Positions 56,106-64,000 of a DNA stretch of 64,000 nt are shown piece by piece (the stretch's first letter is position 1; each line of letters opens with the position of its first letter). The notes beneath the pieces are model-generated. The model was not told where the DNA came from, ran no database searches, and saw only the letters and a list, made by a program, of their open reading frames with translations. Origin of the DNA: a virus. Its lineage: Duplodnaviria; Caudoviricetes. The position numbers and the translations under genes are program-made. The stretch lies in IMG/VR virus record IMGVR_UViG_3300015050_000931, positions 4,135 to 68,134 of that record. One strand, given 5' to 3'.

Positions 56106-56393
56106 ATGCAAGACTTAATTTGCCCAAAGTGTGGTGACATTGGAACTGATTACTACACAGAATTAAAATCCAATAACAATGTAGCAAGATGCCTTAAATG
56201 CGATACCTACATTAAAAATCTACCACAAGGTAATGAACCAACACTTTACTTCGGTAAGTACAAAGACCAAAAGGTTAAGGATATTGAAGATATGCCTTAT
56301 CTAAAATGGGTACTTGAAAAGACCAATCCGGCAGCATCATTGCGGAAAGCTATTCAAGACAGGATTAGTCAATTTGAATTTTTATCTAAATAA
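56106..56393 (+). CDS. zinc ribbon + DUF3820/ExoX-C-like protein
   Basis: CPKC...CLKC; LYFGKYKDQKVKDIEDMPYLKW. Confidence 0.65.
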   Translation: MQDLICPKCGDIGTDYYTELKSNNNVARCLKCDTYIKNLPQGNEPTLYFGKYKDQKVKDIEDMPYLKWVLEKTNPAASLRKAIQDRISQFEFLSK

Positions 56394-56559
56394 CCCCATA
56401 AACCATGAAAAATAAATTCCTTACCATCCAAGTGTGGCGTTTCCTTTACCACATGGCACGTATTAAAAAATATAGAAAGCCTAAACCATTGGTAAGAAAA
56501 ATGAGTGAACAAGAGTGGGTGGAAGTAGCAGCTATTTGTAAAGAACTAAATATTAATTT

Positions 56560-56922
56560 ATGAGTGAAGTTATTAGGGAACATTTCGCAGATACGAGTTA
56601 TAATTTGGCAAAGGCATTACACTTCAATAAGGTTAGTATGGAATACTTTAATCTTTTGAAAATAGGGGCTAAAGGAGAAACTAAAATGCTTTTCCAAAAC
56701 TGTGTGAACCGTTTGGATTGGGTGTACCATAATATCTACGACAGGTTGAGCCAGAACTCAAAAGATATTTTAAAACAGGAAATGGCAGATTCGCTTGCGA
56801 TGGATAGCATCATGGATGGACTGGTACTTTTACAACCCGAACAAAGAACCGTTATTGAGAATCTTATTAATTCCTTAAACAAGGGAGAAACTATCGAATT
56901 TGTACAACCAAATAATTATTAA
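56560..56922 (+). CDS. hypothetical protein
   Basis: 120-aa ORF. Confidence 0.6.
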   Translation: MSEVIREHFADTSYNLAKALHFNKVSMEYFNLLKIGAKGETKMLFQNCVNRLDWVYHNIYDRLSQNSKDILKQEMADSLAMDSIMDGLVLLQPEQRTVIENLINSLNKGETIEFVQPNNY

Positions 56923-56925
56923 CTT

Positions 56926-57150
56926 ATGGCACATGAATTAGATTCCCTACGGGGAGAACGCAACTATCACGGATGTCTTGTGACCAAGCTAATAGGTAAA
57001 GGATACCTTATATTTGGAAAGGTAGTTGGAAGTCCTTTAGAAGTGGATGAGTTGATTAGGGTGGCAGGGGAAGCTATTGAAAAATCATTGACCGTATCTG
57101 TGACTAATTCTAACGGTGCATTTCAAGCAGAAAATTCAGAAAAGGTATAA
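56926..57150 (+). CDS. hypothetical protein
   Basis: 74-aa ORF. Confidence 0.55.
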   Translation: MAHELDSLRGERNYHGCLVTKLIGKGYLIFGKVVGSPLEVDELIRVAGEAIEKSLTVSVTNSNGAFQAENSEKV

Positions 57151-57712
57151 TCTATCAAAACAGGTAAAAATAACCATTAAAACGAAGTATATGGAAAATG
57201 ATAATCTATTTATTAAAAAACTTGAAAATTACCTTGACCTAACCTTAAATGATTTTGATAAGGAAAGGATAGCAGGTTATTTAAGGGAGTATGTGGCAGA
57301 CGTTCCCGAACTTAAACCACAGATAATAACTAAAATAAAGACGGTTTACAAGTATCTTGGAGATGATTTAAAGGATAAGATGGATGCAGATACGTCAATA
57401 ATTTTGGTTAAGCCATCAGAGGTTATTGAATTGATAAGTGGGTTTACTGGAATTTCTTATAAGAAAATGGCAGGGAAGGATAGGCACTCCGAAATCATTA
57501 TTGCCCGTCATACAGCTATGTATTTTGTCAATAAAATTTGCCATGAAACGCTTAAAGGTACAGGAATACTATTCAACCGTGACCATACATCAGTAATAAA
57601 TGCAGTTAGAAATGTACGTAACATGATGGAAGGTGGTAACTCAAAATACATCTCCCTATTTGAATCCATGTCCAATAAAATAGCCACATACGAAATAAAG
57701 AAAACAGCATAG
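57116..57712 (+). CDS. DnaA C-terminal (domain IV-like) DNA-binding protein (probable start 57190)
   Basis: RHSEIIIARHTAMYF...LKGTGILFNRDHTSVINAVRNV. Confidence 0.8.
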   Translation: MHFKQKIQKRYNLSKQVKITIKTKYMENDNLFIKKLENYLDLTLNDFDKERIAGYLREYVADVPELKPQIITKIKTVYKYLGDDLKDKMDADTSIILVKPSEVIELISGFTGISYKKMAGKDRHSEIIIARHTAMYFVNKICHETLKGTGILFNRDHTSVINAVRNVRNMMEGGNSKYISLFESMSNKIATYEIKKTA

Positions 57713-57754
57713 AGCCAACATAGTTAAAATCCTTACGTGTTCAGGGTAAGGTAG

Positions 57755-57778
57755 AAGCCTCTTAACGGAGGCTTTTTT
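57755..57778. terminator. intrinsic terminator at the convergence of the + and - operons
   Basis: AAGCCTC-loop-GAGGCTT plus a T-run. Confidence 0.7.
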
Positions 57779-57864
57779 ATGCCCACTACCACCAATAAAA
57801 ATAATGCCCAATGTAGAAACATCGGGCATACCATTAAAACCAAAATTAACACTGATGAGAAAAA

Positions 57865-58047
57865 CTAACTTACTGGATATACCTCACGTAAAGTATTTAT
57901 GTGGCGTGTAATGCCTGAAACCATTGCAGTAACAATGGCATACTTCCATTCATCATATTTATACTTTGTTTGGACTGACCAAATAACCTTACTACGGTTG
58001 TTGAACTTAAACTTTGCACCGTCTTTTAACTGTGATAACTTTTTCAT
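57865..58047 (-). CDS. hypothetical protein
   Basis: 60-aa ORF. Confidence 0.55.
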   Translation of the reverse strand: MKKLSQLKDGAKFKFNNRSKVIWSVQTKYKYDEWKYAIVTAMVSGITRHINTLREVYPVS

Positions 58048-58079
58048 GTTTTATTTATTTAAGTGTGATTGAGTGGTGT

Positions 58080-58286
58080 TTAATCAATAATATTGCAAGA
58101 CCAACGCCAGCAATACTGCATATTATCATACCAAATATCAATAGCATCGGCATAATACCCCCTGCTTTTTACATAGTCAAATACCATATCTTTAGTAGGC
58201 TCTGTATCTGTAATACCTTCAGCATCCATTAAATGCTTTTGTGTTCTAAGTTCACTATTATTGTCTTTTATTATTCTCTTATCCAT
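58080..58286 (-). CDS. hypothetical protein
   Basis: 68-aa ORF. Confidence 0.55.
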   Translation of the reverse strand: MDKRIIKDNNSELRTQKHLMDAEGITDTEPTKDMVFDYVKSRGYYADAIDIWYDNMQYCWRWSCNIID

Positions 58287-58298
58287 TGGTGTTTCGTT

Positions 58299-58775
58299 TT
58301 AAAGTGATTTTATCTTGTGTTTGAGGGTGGTGTAGGCATCCCGTTTACCTTTCCAGTATTCCCGTACTGACTTAACATCGTGCATAATTAAAAATGCTGA
58401 ATTTAATATTTCATGTTCACAAATAAGTAATTCATTCTCAATAAACTTAATCAGCTTCGCCTCCCTATCCAGTTCATCGGGTGGGGTGGATGGTATGGCG
58501 ATAATACGCCTTTCCGCTTTTGTAGAATCATATTCAGTACTTAAACAATGTACCCACTCAAAAGCACCATCATTACTGTAATTAACTATTCTTTTTTGGA
58601 ATTGAATTTCATACAACCCTGTTACATCCTGACCGTCTTTGAATGAGTGAGTGCCTATGACGGGTATAAATTCTGTTCCATAAACATCAAAGTATGTATT
58701 CCAATCTTTAAAATTAGGAGCAAATTTTTCTGTTATACCAGTGTAAATTTTGCCGTTAAAAAAAATCTCTGCCAT
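58299..58775 (-). CDS. hypothetical protein
   Basis: 158-aa ORF. Confidence 0.55.
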   Translation of the reverse strand: MAEIFFNGKIYTGITEKFAPNFKDWNTYFDVYGTEFIPVIGTHSFKDGQDVTGLYEIQFQKRIVNYSNDGAFEWVHCLSTEYDSTKAERRIIAIPSTPPDELDREAKLIKFIENELLICEHEILNSAFLIMHDVKSVREYWKGKRDAYTTLKHKIKSL

Positions 58776-58785
58776 GTTCTTTGTT

Positions 58786-59313
58786 TTACATTTTAATAAT
58801 TAATTCATTACCCGTTAAGGATTTATACCGTTCCTTAATTAAGTTGTTTTTATAAGTCAACATTGTGCCGCCTAAGTATTTTCTCTGCGATACCATGCGA
58901 AGCATTTTATTTAAAATATCAACTCTTTTAGATGGAACTTTGTGTATTCGTTTTGGGCTTTTTATCAGCACAATTTCTTTATCTGAATTATAGTAAAACA
59001 ATCCAGCAAACAAAGGTATTTCATCTTTACTAATAAGATTTTCAGGGCATACATAATAAAAATAATTTGGGCATCTTGCTTCATGTCCGAATGGATTACC
59101 GTACATTTCAAACTTTTTAAATATTCGCCCCTTTTCCCCATCAGCTAAAAAATCAGAACGAGAAATTTTTACTTCAAACTCTAATAACATATCGCTTTTT
59201 GAAAGAGAGGCAACATCCATTTCAAATACTATATGCCCAAAGTTTTCACACAAATGTTCATGCCCTTTTATTGATAAGTATTTACAAAGTGCTTGCTGTA
59301 TTTCTTTTGTCAT
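58786..59313 (-). CDS. MmcB-like PD-(D/E)XK protein
   Basis: EMDVASL....LEFEVKISRSDFLAD...PNYFYYVCP. Confidence 0.7.
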   Translation of the reverse strand: MTKEIQQALCKYLSIKGHEHLCENFGHIVFEMDVASLSKSDMLLEFEVKISRSDFLADGEKGRIFKKFEMYGNPFGHEARCPNYFYYVCPENLISKDEIPLFAGLFYYNSDKEIVLIKSPKRIHKVPSKRVDILNKMLRMVSQRKYLGGTMLTYKNNLIKERYKSLTGNELIIKM

Positions 59314-59318
59314 ACTTT

Positions 59319-60134
59319 TTATTGTTTAACATTTGGTGGTGCTGGTAAGGGTTGCCAGTGGGTAACTTCTTCTGGATTCCACCAATCAATTTTATCATAA
59401 TTATTAAATGCCCCATTTTTAAAACACATAACCATACAAGCACCCCCATCGGTAACTAAGTAATCATTTCCTTCTTTTTCAGGTAACGTTTCCACACTTA
59501 TCCATCCTTTCCCAGCATCTTCGCCTGATGGGGGTGCGGGGGATATACAATCGTCAATATACCTGTCAAGTGCTTGGGCATAATTAAATAATTCAGGCTG
59601 GGAATCATAAATAGCCATTACAGTTTTAAGGTCTGCATCTTTACCAAAATAATCTTTTATGCTTGGTCGCTGTACTTCCCCTGCTTCATCAGGTACGGAT
59701 GTGGGTAAAGATTCCAAAAATGAAATAGTTTGTTTTAAATAATCTGCATCAATATTTACACCATGTACTGCTGTATTAAATAGGTACTCTTTAATTTTCT
59801 CTTTAATACCTGCTTCATCAGGTACGGGGTGTTGGAATTGGGAGGCCTTAAAACTATCTATCACTTCTTGTAGATTGTTAATAGTACTATTTTCAGGGAC
59901 AAACATTTTACAGATACTTTTTACTGTTTCTTCTGAAAACATATATTGTCCATCAGGTACGTGGTGTTGTGTTGCTACCATGCCAGCTTTTGATTCATCA
60001 ATAAAAATCGTAAGTACCTCATCAGAACTTAAGTCCTTTTCATCAGGTATATAAAAATATTTTCTTGATAATGTATTTTTATCAAAATCGGATAATTTAT
60101 CCCACCATTTTAATGCTTTTGATACGTTTGTCAT
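59319..60134 (-). CDS. mosaic protein with C-terminal DUF551-like domain
   Basis: WISVETLPE...VTHWQPLPAPP; internal PVPDEAG repeats. Confidence 0.7.
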   Translation of the reverse strand: MTNVSKALKWWDKLSDFDKNTLSRKYFYIPDEKDLSSDEVLTIFIDESKAGMVATQHHVPDGQYMFSEETVKSICKMFVPENSTINNLQEVIDSFKASQFQHPVPDEAGIKEKIKEYLFNTAVHGVNIDADYLKQTISFLESLPTSVPDEAGEVQRPSIKDYFGKDADLKTVMAIYDSQPELFNYAQALDRYIDDCISPAPPSGEDAGKGWISVETLPEKEGNDYLVTDGGACMVMCFKNGAFNNYDKIDWWNPEEVTHWQPLPAPPNVKQ

Positions 60135-60152
60135 GTTTTTTGTTTTAACTAT

Positions 60153-60437
60153 TTATTGTTTTTGGTTTAAGTGTTTTTTTTGTTCCATAATAATATTAAG
60201 ATTTTTATGTAATATTATTATGGATTTAAGTTCTGATAATCTGCTTATTTGGTGCTTAACCATAAATTTAAGGCACGATTCAACTCCATTAAGGCACTTG
60301 TTATCACCTGTTAAATTATTATGTATCCAAACACAATCTTTAAAAGATAGCCACATTAACTTATTTTCATACTTACATTTTAGCCCTAATAAAGACTGTT
60401 CGCTACAATATTCTTTTGCTGTTTCTAATTTAGCCAT
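60153..60437 (-). CDS. hypothetical protein
   Basis: 94-aa ORF. Confidence 0.5.
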   Translation of the reverse strand: MAKLETAKEYCSEQSLLGLKCKYENKLMWLSFKDCVWIHNNLTGDNKCLNGVESCLKFMVKHQISRLSELKSIIILHKNLNIIMEQKKHLNQKQ

Positions 60438-60819
60438 TGGTATATTCTTTTAGTTGGTTAAGAATTTTATTTTTTGTTTTCGCATCAATACCTGCTCCTG
60501 CAATACCATGATGGTAAGCCATATTCATAACGGTGAACATTTGCTCTTTAGTAAAATATTCCGTGTTTTTTATATTTTGATTTGAAAATTCAGACATAGA
60601 AAGTTCAAACCGGCTTGTTAATAATTGCTCTTTTGTCATCGGGCTAAATTCTGATAGTATAGCTTGTATTTCTTCTTTTGTTGGCTTTAATCTGCCTTTT
60701 TCTACCTCTGCAAGTCTTTTGGTATCAACGCCTATTTTTCTTGCAAAAGAAGCAGTAGTCATTTTTTGAAAATGCCTTAAAGTTTTTAAATTGTCTGCTA
60801 AAAATGTGTTCTGTTTCAT
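60430..60819 (-). CDS. XRE-family HTH protein
   Basis: LADNLKTLRH...TTASFARKIGVDTKRLAEVEKGRLKPT. Confidence 0.8.
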   Translation of the reverse strand: MKQNTFLADNLKTLRHFQKMTTASFARKIGVDTKRLAEVEKGRLKPTKEEIQAILSEFSPMTKEQLLTSRFELSMSEFSNQNIKNTEYFTKEQMFTVMNMAYHHGIAGAGIDAKTKNKILNQLKEYTNG

Positions 60820-60836
60820 AATTTATATTTTATTGG

Positions 60837-61643
60837 TTAACTTAGAATCCATTTAGAAAATAATTTTAAAGCTATTTTTATACCTCTTTTTGTGAATGGG
60901 TTTTGCGCTATCTCATAATTAGCTTTTAATTCATCGGATAGTTTATTAAAAGAGTCTTGCTGTTTTCCTATGATTTTATTAAGACGCATTATTTCTGAAT
61001 TTTTATTATGGCTAATTTTAAAACAGTACTCATCTATTGCTTGTAATAAAGAGTTTTCATCTACTGCATTTTCAGTATAACCAATTCGGTTAAATTCTAT
61101 TTCATATTTTAACAACACATCCTTTAACTTCACTTCCCCTGCTTCATCAGGTACGGGTTTCGGTGTTACAGATTGCTCATATTCTTGCTGCATTAAAGGT
61201 TGCAATTCATCATAACAAGTTTTGCAGAAATAGTTTTCTCCTGAATCTTGCTTCATGGATTCGGTAGGGAATTTATTTTCGCAACTTGTGCATACTTCTG
61301 TATCTAATGGAGGTGGTAATATTTTAGACATTCTTTTCAGTAATGAACCTTTAATACATTCAATCCATGCGTTATGTATTTTTTTACCATTCTCTCCATC
61401 AGTTACAAAAGTATCATCAGACTTCAGCCATTCATCAACTACTTTCATTACTTTATACAATGTTTTATACCTCCCAATATCTCCGTTTGCAGGTACGGGG
61501 TGTTGGAATTGGGCATGATACTTTTCGATTGATATTAAAGCTATTCTTAACTGCAATGTGTTTAAATTACCATGCTCGGCATTCATACCTGTAATTGCAA
61601 TAAATTCATCATTTAATACCTCCTCCGGTGTCTTTGTATTCAT
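60837..61643 (-). CDS. mosaic hypothetical protein with CxxC...CxxC module
   Basis: CTSC...CKTC; QFQHPVP and PVPDEAG junction motifs. Confidence 0.6.
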   Translation of the reverse strand: MNTKTPEEVLNDEFIAITGMNAEHGNLNTLQLRIALISIEKYHAQFQHPVPANGDIGRYKTLYKVMKVVDEWLKSDDTFVTDGENGKKIHNAWIECIKGSLLKRMSKILPPPLDTEVCTSCENKFPTESMKQDSGENYFCKTCYDELQPLMQQEYEQSVTPKPVPDEAGEVKLKDVLLKYEIEFNRIGYTENAVDENSLLQAIDEYCFKISHNKNSEIMRLNKIIGKQQDSFNKLSDELKANYEIAQNPFTKRGIKIALKLFSKWILS

Positions 61644-61653
61644 GGTTTGTGTT

Positions 61654-62034
61654 TTATTTTTGGTTATTATGTTTATAGGTTAGGTAATCTTGTTCGGTTA
61701 TCGGCGTTGAATATGTAGCATAATAAGTAATCCCGTCAACTGTTGTTATAGGGTAACTACAGCCTTGAAACCATTTATCAACCTTTACATAATTATCTCG
61801 ACCTTGATGTTTACCAATGATGTAAAGCGGCATTTTGCTTACTTCTCTTTCTTCCCACCATTCCAATTCACGGAATAGATTAGGGTATTTTTTACAAGTC
61901 ATTTCAAAATCAATACCATGCCCATCCGATAAGTCTATTTCATAAACAGTTCCAATATCATCAATATTAGACGGGTAATCAGCAATTAATTTATAACGTG
62001 GCTGTAAAAGTTTTTCTACTTGTTCCTGTTTCAT
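61654..62034 (-). CDS. hypothetical phage protein
   Basis: PRYKLIADYP...YPNLFRELEWWEER motif. Confidence 0.6.
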   Translation of the reverse strand: MKQEQVEKLLQPRYKLIADYPSNIDDIGTVYEIDLSDGHGIDFEMTCKKYPNLFRELEWWEEREVSKMPLYIIGKHQGRDNYVKVDKWFQGCSYPITTVDGITYYATYSTPITEQDYLTYKHNNQK

Positions 62035-62044
62035 GTTGTATAGT

Positions 62045-62503
62045 TTATTTGGTTAGTAGTTCGGGAGATTCGTAGATATTACCGATGACAATCATTTTTG
62101 ATACTTGCTTTGGTTTGAATTGTGGAATTATACCGCCGCATACAGCACCATGATAGTGAGAACGATTTATGCAATATCCAATATTGTAATCTGAATTTGC
62201 ATCTCCATCATGGAAGAAAACTTCATAGCACCCATAATTTATTTTATCCCAATCACCTTTTGGTGGTTCACGTAAAATATCCCCCTCATAAATCTCTTTA
62301 CCGTTCTTGTCTTTTAAGCCTGTGTATTGGGAAAGCGTATTAATATCAATTATAGTATTTGTAAAACTTGATTTCATTTCTGTAATAGAACTTTGAATAC
62401 ATGGCTTTAAATCTCCTTTGCCATCCCAGTCATAATTAAAATATCCATAAATAAATTTTCCTGTATTTGTACTAACGCCCCTAAATTTAATTTCTCTTTT
62501 CAT
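62045..62503 (-). CDS. YopX family protein
   Basis: MKREIKFRG...QYTGLKDKNGKEIYEGDIL...VIGNIYESPELL. Confidence 0.92.
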   Translation of the reverse strand: MKREIKFRGVSTNTGKFIYGYFNYDWDGKGDLKPCIQSSITEMKSSFTNTIIDINTLSQYTGLKDKNGKEIYEGDILREPPKGDWDKINYGCYEVFFHDGDANSDYNIGYCINRSHYHGAVCGGIIPQFKPKQVSKMIVIGNIYESPELLTK

Positions 62504-62527
62504 GTTGTATAAGTGTTTAAGTGGTTG

Positions 62528-63445
62528 TTATTGGGGTTTAGAGTTGGTACTTTGCTTTTTTACAAAATACAATTCTGGTTGTTCAAATGGTATTAGGAAA
62601 AACATAGAATTATCCCAACTTTCGTAATTATCTGGTTCATTATCTGCATCTGGTTCAAAATCAGAATTATCTAATTCCATAGGTTCAGGTTCAAAATCAC
62701 TTAAATCATTCTGCATTTCAAGTGCCATTTCAACTTTAATTGATTTGTACGGTGGAATAGATGCTGCAAATTCAGAAGTCCATTTTGGCTGTAATGGGAA
62801 AGAATCTGTAATAACGGAATTTCTAATATCCTTATTCTGAATAATAGGTAACCCTATTTTTAACCTATAAGTGTTGTTTTCCAATGGATTATAATAATGG
62901 TCTGCAACAAAATATTTTTCAGAAGGCGGAGGTGGGTAATTCTGACGTAATACAAATCCATCTGCATTTAATTTTTGTTCATCATATACTTCGTACCCAC
63001 CTGCTGTTTTACCACATAGATAATAATGATACGAAGTTTCGCCCTTTTTTATACTCGATAAATAGTTTTGATACTCGTAATTCTTTGGATTAGCTATATT
63101 AAGCAATGTGCATCCAATACTACGGTAATACTTTATCCAATAATTTTCTCTTTCATTTACTGACGCTTTATCAATGTAACATTTAGTGTGTATAGTTTCA
63201 ACCTCTTTAATAATAGGTTTTTCCCCTTGATTAAGTATCTCTTTTATATAGTTAATCTTATCTCTATTAGAAGCCCCTGTTTGGCTTATATGCCCACTTA
63301 ATCTTTCTTGTAAAGATAAAATCGTTTGACCTACATAGAATATCTCGTTACTAATTGGATTTGTAAGCGTATATATCTTATAGCAAGATATATGGCTCTC
63401 TATAAGATGTAAAGTTGGATTATATGCTAAAACTTTTTGTGTCAT
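62528..63445 (-). CDS. GIY-YIG nuclease domain protein
   Basis: KIYTLTNP...FYVGQT...RLSGH...ERENYWI. Confidence 0.8.
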   Translation of the reverse strand: MTQKVLAYNPTLHLIESHISCYKIYTLTNPISNEIFYVGQTILSLQERLSGHISQTGASNRDKINYIKEILNQGEKPIIKEVETIHTKCYIDKASVNERENYWIKYYRSIGCTLLNIANPKNYEYQNYLSSIKKGETSYHYYLCGKTAGGYEVYDEQKLNADGFVLRQNYPPPPSEKYFVADHYYNPLENNTYRLKIGLPIIQNKDIRNSVITDSFPLQPKWTSEFAASIPPYKSIKVEMALEMQNDLSDFEPEPMELDNSDFEPDADNEPDNYESWDNSMFFLIPFEQPELYFVKKQSTNSKPQ

Positions 63446-63801
63446 TTAATGCCAAGTTTCTTTTTTATAGCTTCATTCATAAATGCTCCACCATTTGATT
63501 CTGTATTTACGGAATAATTAGTTTTTGGAGGAGTGGCAGTTAAATCCTTAACCTTATTTGTTTGCTCATTTATATTTTGAATCTTAACATCTTTTTGGGG
63601 TGCGAAATATGCTTCTAATGGCTTATTCCATTTTTTTGGTAAATCCCGTGTACCCGATAAAACTTTCTGTAAAGTAGTTGGTGGCATTTCTAATGTTTCC
63701 TCAATTTTATAAATTGGAACATAAACAGCCATATCATCTATACTTTTTTGAATCTGTTCTTTGGTCATATCTTTTAGACTTTCTCGGACAAAGATAGACA
63801 A
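63442..63801 (-). CDS. HTH-like hypothetical protein
   Basis: IEETLEMPPTTLQKVLSGTRDLPKKW. Confidence 0.55.
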   Translation of the reverse strand: MSIFVRESLKDMTKEQIQKSIDDMAVYVPIYKIEETLEMPPTTLQKVLSGTRDLPKKWNKPLEAYFAPQKDVKIQNINEQTNKVKDLTATPPKTNYSVNTESNGGAFMNEAIKKKLGIK

Positions 63802-64000
63802 ATTCTGACAACCACCAAATAAATCTTCAATTATTTTCCAGATTATCCACCAATACCCTCCCCATAGAAAGTAAAACAGGTAGTTTATTTACCCATTTTG
63901 GTTACTAAACCCATACTTTGTCATATTTGCCTTATTCTCCTCCTTAAGCCATACCCCTACCACCTAACCCCAGATAGCCCCTAAATACCCCCTTAAAACA

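Larger units (their letters stand above)
59674..61513. repeat. dispersed 19-25 bp direct repeats (core CAGGTACG) in two genes
   Basis: 25-bp exact pair 59674-59698 / 61132-61156; 24-bp exact pair 59819-59842 / 61490-61513; variant at 59951-59969. Confidence 0.85.

Noticed and set aside
59674-61513. Diversity-generating retroelement TR/VR pair
   Set aside because: No reverse transcriptase in the window, the repeats are only 19-25 bp, and there is no adenine-specific mismatch pattern.
1-64000. Stop-codon reassignment as seen in some crAss-like phages
   Set aside because: Long genes (portal, terminase, 2586-aa protein) are intact in the standard code, and TAG terminates several genes.

Overview
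The window is an AT-rich, apparently wholly phage-derived region. It resembles a podovirus or crAss-like phage of a Bacteroidota host, judged from TAnnTTTG/A promoter elements, A-rich translation starts, and the portal/terminase/capsid/ring-protein/nozzle gene order. No host housekeeping genes are visible. Layout: (1) 78-1942, small + strand hypothetical genes. (2) 1984-5545, an integron-like locus: three ~131-135 bp attC-like hairpins, an attI-like core, and an IntI/Xer-type tyrosine recombinase. Cassette genes run opposite to the canonical cassette direction, and two of them start inside their own attC hairpin. This is the standout feature. (3) 5738-43388, a - strand late block: GH19 endolysin and lysis/membrane genes, fibre-like proteins with signal peptides, a 2586-aa internal virion protein with an ART-PolyVal-like domain, nozzle, ring proteins, major capsid, scaffold, terminase, portal, and a GroEL/GroES operon. 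(4) 43757-49428, a glycosyltransferase/methyltransferase/radical SAM cluster containing an HNH-AP2 endonuclease. (5) 50078-57712, NinG, an HTH, two tRNA-like genes with expanded anticodon domains, and an initiator plus primase-helicase. (6) 57865-63801, - strand accessory genes with a repeated PVPDEAG/QFQHPVP junction motif. All calls come from motif reading by eye; no database searches were run, so novelty is not confirmed.
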